Shown here: positions 56,247 to 61,122 of the stretch, piece after piece | Position numbering within the stretch: position 1 is the stretch's first letter | Layout of the letters: every line of letters starts with the position of its first letter | DNA from: Gammaproteobacteria bacterium | Lineage (GTDB): Bacteria > Pseudomonadota > Gammaproteobacteria > SG8-11 | Direction: 5' to 3' | DNA: 61,122 nt | Assembly: GCA_031421535.1 (NCBI GenBank) | Contig: JANOOV010000391.1 | Coordinates: 1 to 61,122, forward strand | The notes under the pieces: generated by a model | Told to the model about the DNA's origin: nothing | The model's input: the letters and a program-made list of their open reading frames with translations, nothing else | Databases searched by the model: none | Position numbers and translations under genes: made by a program

Positions 56247-57679
56247 AATACGCTACAGCCACCACACCGCACGATGTTTCTCCCGAGGTTGCTCTCGACG
56301 CGCTGCTCAGTCACAGCGGGCCGATCCTGCTGGATCTGGATGAGACGCTGTATCTACGCAACTCCACCGAGGACTTCATCGACTCGGCGCGCCCGCGTGT
56401 TCCGGCACTGTTGCTGATGCGGATACTGGATGTCATCAAGCCGTGGCGTTGGAGCGGCGGCGAAGTCACGCGCGACGTGTGGCGCGTGCGCCTGATATCG
56501 ATCTGCTTTCCCGGCACCGGAAATCGCTGGAGCATCCGGGTGGTCGAGCTGGCGAAAAACTTCACCAACCTGCGCCTGATGGAGGCGCTCAAGACCGGCA
56601 CGCTGCCGATCATCACCACGCTTGGATTCCATCCGATTGTCGCGCCGCTGGTGGCCGCGCTCGGTTTGCCGCAGGCGCAAATCGTGGCCGCACGTTTTTC
56701 GACTTGCGCCGACCGGCGCGCCGGAAAATTGCATCTCGCCGTCAACGTGCTCGGTCATGACATCGTGAGCCGCGCGCTGGTACTCACCGATTCGGCGCAA
56801 GACCTCGCACTGCTCGACGCCTGCGCGCTGCCGTTACGCACCGTCTGGCCGGAAGCGCGCTATCGCCGTGCCTTGAGCGGCGTCTATCTTCCGGGCCAGT
56901 ATTTGACACATGTAAAACGCCCCGGCGCGCGCTACATCGTGCGGAGCATCCTGCAAGAAGATTTCGCGCTCTGGTTGTTGAGTTCGATAGCGCTGGCGGC
57001 GCTGCCGGTACCGCACATTCTGGGATTGTTTTTTCTGTTGGCGTCATTCTGGGCCATCTACGAACGCGGCTACGTCGATAACGACCTGATCGCGGCGCGC
57101 TTCGAAGCCAGCCCAAAACTCAGCGCGGCATTTCTGGATGCACCGGTGGCCACACCGCGCTGGCAGCCGTGGATCTGGGCATTTGCCTGCGGCGTAATCG
57201 CCATTGTTCTGCTGCGCTGGCCGGTGATTCCGGTACCCGCCGACTTCGCCGCCTGGATTGCGGTACTGCTGGGCACCCACGGCTGGTTCACGCTGTACAA
57301 CCGCTTCGACAAAAGGTCACGAATCTGGATGTTTGCGGGATTACAGCTGGCGCGCACCGCAGCCTTTGTCGCACTGGTGCCGATCGGTCTGATCGGCACG
57401 GTCGCGCTCGGTGCTCACGTGCTGGCCAAGTGGGTGCCTTATTACGTCTACCGGCTCGGCGGTAAAGAATGGCCCGAGGCGCCGTTTCATTTAACCCGTT
57501 TGTTGTTCTTCGTGGTGCTAGCGCTGTTGCTGGGATTTTCCCAAGGGCTCGCGTCGCTATTGACCTGGACCGCGCTGGCGTTACTGGCGTGGAATTTATT
57601 TAGAGCCCGCCAGGAGTTGGCCACGGCATTGATCGCCGCCAAACGTCTGGATCGAACGGATACCCCGCTACCTCTATGA
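56243..57679 (+). CDS. HAD-like phosphatase domain fused to a polytopic membrane domain
   Basis: HAD motif I is LLDLDETLY, and a later LVLTDSAQD follows. The C-terminal half has about 7 TM helices with YERGYVDNDLI. The start overlaps the upstream stop. Confidence 0.55.
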   Translation: MKYATATTPHDVSPEVALDALLSHSGPILLDLDETLYLRNSTEDFIDSARPRVPALLLMRILDVIKPWRWSGGEVTRDVWRVRLISICFPGTGNRWSIRVVELAKNFTNLRLMEALKTGTLPIITTLGFHPIVAPLVAALGLPQAQIVAARFSTCADRRAGKLHLAVNVLGHDIVSRALVLTDSAQDLALLDACALPLRTVWPEARYRRALSGVYLPGQYLTHVKRPGARYIVRSILQEDFALWLLSSIALAALPVPHILGLFFLLASFWAIYERGYVDNDLIAARFEASPKLSAAFLDAPVATPRWQPWIWAFACGVIAIVLLRWPVIPVPADFAAWIAVLLGTHGWFTLYNRFDKRSRIWMFAGLQLARTAAFVALVPIGLIGTVALGAHVLAKWVPYYVYRLGGKEWPEAPFHLTRLLFFVVLALLLGFSQGLASLLTWTALALLAWNLFRARQELATALIAAKRLDRTDTPLPL

Positions 57680-58602
57680 ACATGAACATCAGCCTGTGCA
57701 TTGCCACCTATCGCCGCCCGGAACGACTGAGCGCGCTACTGCAGGACCTGGTCGAACAGCAACGTCCGCCGGACGAAGTGGTGATAGTGGATAACGACGC
57801 CACCGGCAGCGCCCGCGCCGTGGTGGAACAGCGGCGCGCGTCAGGTGCGCCATTCCCGATTTACTACGACATTCAGCCGGTGAAAAATATTTCGCTGACG
57901 CGCAACCGCAGCGTCGCGATGGCAGGCGGCGACTGGCTCGCCTTCATCGACGATGACGAGCGCGCACCGGCCGCTTGGTTAGAACAACTGGCGACCACCG
58001 TCACTCGTTATGTGGCCGATGGCGCGCTCGGCCCGGTCGAGCCGATTGTGCCGGTCGATGCGCCGCGCTGGATTCAGCGCGGCAGTTTTTATGCTTGGGC
58101 GCGGATGAAAACCGGCACCGTCATTCCGATCAACAAACTGCGCTTCGGCAACGTGTTATTGCGTGGCGCGCTGTTGCGCGTCACGCCCACGCCGTTCGAT
58201 CCGAACTACGGCCTGACCGGCGGTGAAGACGGTGATCTGCTCGGCCGCCTGGCACTGCAAGGCGCACGCATTGTCTGGTGCGACGAAGCCATCGTGCACG
58301 AACCGGTCGAAGCCGCGCGGCTGTCATTGCGCTGGTTGCTGCTACGCTCATTGCGCGGCGGGCAAGATTTTGCGCGCCACAAGCTGAGCGGAAGTTTTGG
58401 ATCGTTAACCTCGCTCGGCCGCGCGCGTCTGTTTCTGCGCGCACTGATGCAATCGGGAATAGCGGCCGGATTGGCGCTGCTGTTCTGGCCACGGGGCCGA
58501 CATCGTGCCGTGTACTGGCTACTTAAAGCGTCAGCCAATCTCGGCAAAATGTCGATTTTCCTCGGCTGGCATTATCGCGAATACGGAGACAAAGTCACAT
58601 GA
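57676..58602 (+). CDS. Glycosyltransferase family 2
   Basis: ISLCIATYRRPERL ... VVIVDND ... FIDDDE (DxD). Confidence 0.8.
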   Translation: MNMNISLCIATYRRPERLSALLQDLVEQQRPPDEVVIVDNDATGSARAVVEQRRASGAPFPIYYDIQPVKNISLTRNRSVAMAGGDWLAFIDDDERAPAAWLEQLATTVTRYVADGALGPVEPIVPVDAPRWIQRGSFYAWARMKTGTVIPINKLRFGNVLLRGALLRVTPTPFDPNYGLTGGEDGDLLGRLALQGARIVWCDEAIVHEPVEAARLSLRWLLLRSLRGGQDFARHKLSGSFGSLTSLGRARLFLRALMQSGIAAGLALLFWPRGRHRAVYWLLKASANLGKMSIFLGWHYREYGDKVT

Positions 58603-59783
58603 TAACGATTACACATTGGGTCTTGTTTGCATTGGCGCTGCCCGCCACGGCAGTCAGTTTGTATTTGCTGTTGTTCACGCTGCTGTCGCGTGCGCCAGCG
58701 GCGGCGTTACGTTCAACGCGGCCGATGCGCTTCGATGTCATCGTCCCGGCGCATAACGAGGCCGCAGTGATCGAAGGCGTGGTCGGAAGTTTACGCAAGC
58801 TCGATTGGCCCGCCGAGGATTTCCGCATCCTGGTCGTCGCCGATAATTGCACCGATGCCACCGCCGCCCTCGCGCGTGCGGCGGGCGCCGAGGTACTGGA
58901 GCGCCATGATGAAACCCTGCGCGGCAAAGGTTATGCGCTGGATTTTGCATTTCAGGTGAGCCGAACGCGCGACTGGGCCTACGCCGTGGTGGTGGTGGAT
59001 GCCGATTCCGAGGTCTCGCCGAATCTGCTCGAAGCCTGTGCCACGCGCATCGAGAGCGGCACTAAAGTCATTCAGGTTCACTATAGCGTGTTGAATGCGC
59101 AGACCTCCTGGCGCACGCGTCTCATGTCGATTGCCATGGCCGCATTTCACCAGGTGCGTTCGCGCGCCCGCGAACGCTTGCAGCTTTCCTGTGGAATACG
59201 CGGCAATGGTTGGTGTATTACCCATCAGCTGTTGCAGCAGGTGCCCTACCGGGCCTTTTCCTTGACTGAAGATCTCGAGTACGGCATCGCGCTGGGGCTG
59301 GCCGGCCAGCGTGTGCACTATGCCGACGAAGCCCATGTCGCCGCGCTGATGGTGTCGGGGGAAGACGCGTCCCGCACGCAACGCCAACGCTGGGAGGAAG
59401 GGCGTTTGCAGCTCATCCGTTCCAAAACCCTGCCGCTGCTGCGCGCCGCTCTGGGTCGCGGCAGCGCCGTATGTCTGGATCTGGCACTGGATCTCCTGGT
59501 CCTGCCCCTGTCCTATGTGGCGATCAATATCGCGTTACTGATGCTGTTCGCCGGTCTTGCTGGCTTATGGGAACCGTCCATGGCGATCTGGTGGTGGCTG
59601 GGTGTGGGCTGCGGCATCAGTCTGCTGCTTTATGTTTTGCGCGGCTGGCAACTGAGCGGCATGGGTCTGCGTGGCCTGCTGGATTTGTCGCGGGTACCGT
59701 TTTTCGTGGTTTGGAAAGTGTTGCTGATGATGCGCGCGCATGGCTCGGCGCAGTGGGTGCGTACCAAGCGGGAAAAATCGTGA
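58599..59783 (+). CDS. Membrane-embedded glycosyltransferase family 2 (processive-type architecture)
   Basis: N-terminal TM helix, GT2 core (DVIVPAHNEAAVI ... VVADNCTD ... VVVDADS), a QRQRWEEG (QxxRW-like) motif, and C-terminal TM helices. Confidence 0.75.
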   Translation: MITITHWVLFALALPATAVSLYLLLFTLLSRAPAAALRSTRPMRFDVIVPAHNEAAVIEGVVGSLRKLDWPAEDFRILVVADNCTDATAALARAAGAEVLERHDETLRGKGYALDFAFQVSRTRDWAYAVVVVDADSEVSPNLLEACATRIESGTKVIQVHYSVLNAQTSWRTRLMSIAMAAFHQVRSRARERLQLSCGIRGNGWCITHQLLQQVPYRAFSLTEDLEYGIALGLAGQRVHYADEAHVAALMVSGEDASRTQRQRWEEGRLQLIRSKTLPLLRAALGRGSAVCLDLALDLLVLPLSYVAINIALLMLFAGLAGLWEPSMAIWWWLGVGCGISLLLYVLRGWQLSGMGLRGLLDLSRVPFFVVWKVLLMMRAHGSAQWVRTKREKS

Positions 59784-61063
59784 GTGATCACCGTCGGCAC
59801 TTTGCCTTTGCGCGTTTGCTCAGCAGTGCCGTGGTCAGCCAGGCCTTGCTGTCTGCGGCCAGCTTTGCCATCGGCCTGACGCTGATCCGCAACACGACCG
59901 ACGTTCAATACGGTTATTACGTTCTGGCGTCCAGCGCCATTCTGCTGCTGGTTTCGCTGCAAAATGCGTTTTTCAATCCCCCCTTGGCGATCCGCCTGAC
60001 CCGGCTTGACCGTTTGGGACGCGGCGAGCTGGTCGGCGGTCTGTATCGCGAGCAACGCCGAATTCTACCCGCCGTCGGCGGGATGAGCCTCGTCATTGCG
60101 CTAGGCCTGTGGTATGCCCAAGTGCTGGATGCCCACACCGGGCCGTTAGTGCTCGCCACCATCGCTGCCGCTCTGGCGATCCTGCACCGTGAATACTTTC
60201 GCATGGTGTTGTTCGCGCACCGCCGCCCCCACGACGTGCTGCGCACGGATATTTTCTACGCGGTACTGATCGTGACGGGAGTCTGCGTCGCGACCTTTAC
60301 CTCGGTGCCTGCAGTCACCACAGTTTTGGCGCTCGGCCTCGCTGCGGTCGCGAGCGGTATTTTATTGTCGCGAACACTCCACCGCCACGAGCCCTGGAAC
60401 CTTCAAGGTACGCAGGGCATCCTGCGCGAGATCGCGCCACTCGCCGTCTGGTCCACGGCGGGTGCCGCCATCCATTGGAGCTTTAGCCAGGGATATATTT
60501 ATCTGGTCGCCGCCACCCTGGACGTTGCCGCCGTAGCGGCGATTGCCGCCACGCGCCTGCTGCTGATGCCGGTGAATTTACTTTCCACCGGCATCGGTTC
60601 GCTGATGCTGCCACTGGCGTCGGGCTGGCTGCATCAACATGGAGCCGCGCTGTTGTGGCGGCGCCTATGTCTGTTCGCGTTGGGACTGGCTGCAACGACG
60701 TTGTGCTATTTCGCCATCGTGTGGTGGTTGCGCGATTGGGTATTTGTCGTCGCGCTCAAAAAGCAGTTCGTCCAGCGTGATGAATTGTTAATGCTGTGGG
60801 GCGCGATTTTTCTGGTGATCGTGATCCGCGACCAACTGGCTTACCTGCTGGCCGCGCAAGGGCGCTTCCGTATCCTGACCTTGCTCACCCTGGTGAGCGC
60901 CGTAGTATCACTCACCGCCAGCTATTGGGGCATGCGGCAATTCGACATGGTCGGCGCGCTGCTGGGAATCCTGATCGGTGAAGTGATCAACCTGATCGGC
61001 GTAGTGATTTTCTCATTCCGCAAAACACCTCATCCAGCGCTGGGTACGGCGGCGCCGTTGTGA
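59780..61063 (+). CDS. Wzx-like oligosaccharide flippase / polysaccharide biosynthesis protein
   Basis: The GTG at 59780 overlaps the upstream stop, and the ORF-track extension from 59471 overlaps the GT2 gene. About 12 TM helices. Confidence 0.65.
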   Translation: MSDHRRHFAFARLLSSAVVSQALLSAASFAIGLTLIRNTTDVQYGYYVLASSAILLLVSLQNAFFNPPLAIRLTRLDRLGRGELVGGLYREQRRILPAVGGMSLVIALGLWYAQVLDAHTGPLVLATIAAALAILHREYFRMVLFAHRRPHDVLRTDIFYAVLIVTGVCVATFTSVPAVTTVLALGLAAVASGILLSRTLHRHEPWNLQGTQGILREIAPLAVWSTAGAAIHWSFSQGYIYLVAATLDVAAVAAIAATRLLLMPVNLLSTGIGSLMLPLASGWLHQHGAALLWRRLCLFALGLAATTLCYFAIVWWLRDWVFVVALKKQFVQRDELLMLWGAIFLVIVIRDQLAYLLAAQGRFRILTLLTLVSAVVSLTASYWGMRQFDMVGALLGILIGEVINLIGVVIFSFRKTPHPALGTAAPL

Positions 61064-61122
61064 AGCATTAAGCCTAATTAAAAGCTGCGTTTGTGGCAGC
61101 GGGGTTCAACCCTGCGGTTGTC

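Noticed and set aside
61064-61122. Possible tRNA or structured RNA start (gcagcggggttcaaccctgcgg) at the right edge
   Set aside because: No acceptor/D/anticodon/T cloverleaf can be drawn, the T-loop-like GGTTCAA lacks a proper stem, and the window ends here.
1-61122. CRISPR arrays, rRNA genes, tRNA genes, integrase/transposase genes
   Set aside because: I scanned the intergenic regions on both strands and none was seen. The only mobile-like signatures are the MITE-like palindrome, the REP-like elements and the gene fragments at 29.3-29.8 kb.

Overview
This is a GC-rich proteobacterial chromosomal segment. I found no rRNA, tRNA or CRISPR array. (1) 0.1-8.6 kb is a minus-strand signalling cluster: a CheB-CheR-PAS fusion, two paralogous hybrid histidine kinases, a REC-PAS regulator and a Crp/Fnr regulator, punctuated by three families of REP-like palindromes. 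(2) 8.7-20.5 kb is an accessory patch around ampD. It holds a degenerate GGDEF protein with an intact I-site, a 5'-deleted brnT beside an intact brnA, and a self-inhibited class-II Fic protein. It also holds a pentapeptide-repeat protein, a RES/Xre toxin-antitoxin pair, and two divergent DUF5666-type lipoprotein genes with an HTH-like protein and a twice-repeated TGGGA-N6-TCCCA site. (3) 20.7-61.1 kb is a Wzx/Wzy-type polysaccharide locus. It encodes an initiating phosphoglycosyl transferase, two GT2 enzymes, a Wzy-like and a Wzx-like protein, a chain-length determinant, a kinase-like ATPase, two acyltransferase-3 proteins, SGNH esterases, and GH8 and GH5 glycanases. Several unusual items sit in or interrupt this locus. 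One is a chimera that joins a duplicated copy of the transferase N-terminal membrane module to a WecG/TagA (GT26) domain. Another is a stand-alone NRPS module (truncated C, then A, T and TE) whose thioesterase has Cys in place of Ser, coupled to an Sfp-type PPTase. A visibly AT-richer islet carries an IetAS-like AAA ATPase plus S8 protease defence pair, with the protease split by a one-base homopolymer frameshift. There is also a 166-bp MITE-like palindrome and a tandem array of three ELWxxDGT-repeat lipoproteins with DUF1566 modules. All calls come from reading the ORF translations and the DNA by eye; no searches or computations were run.
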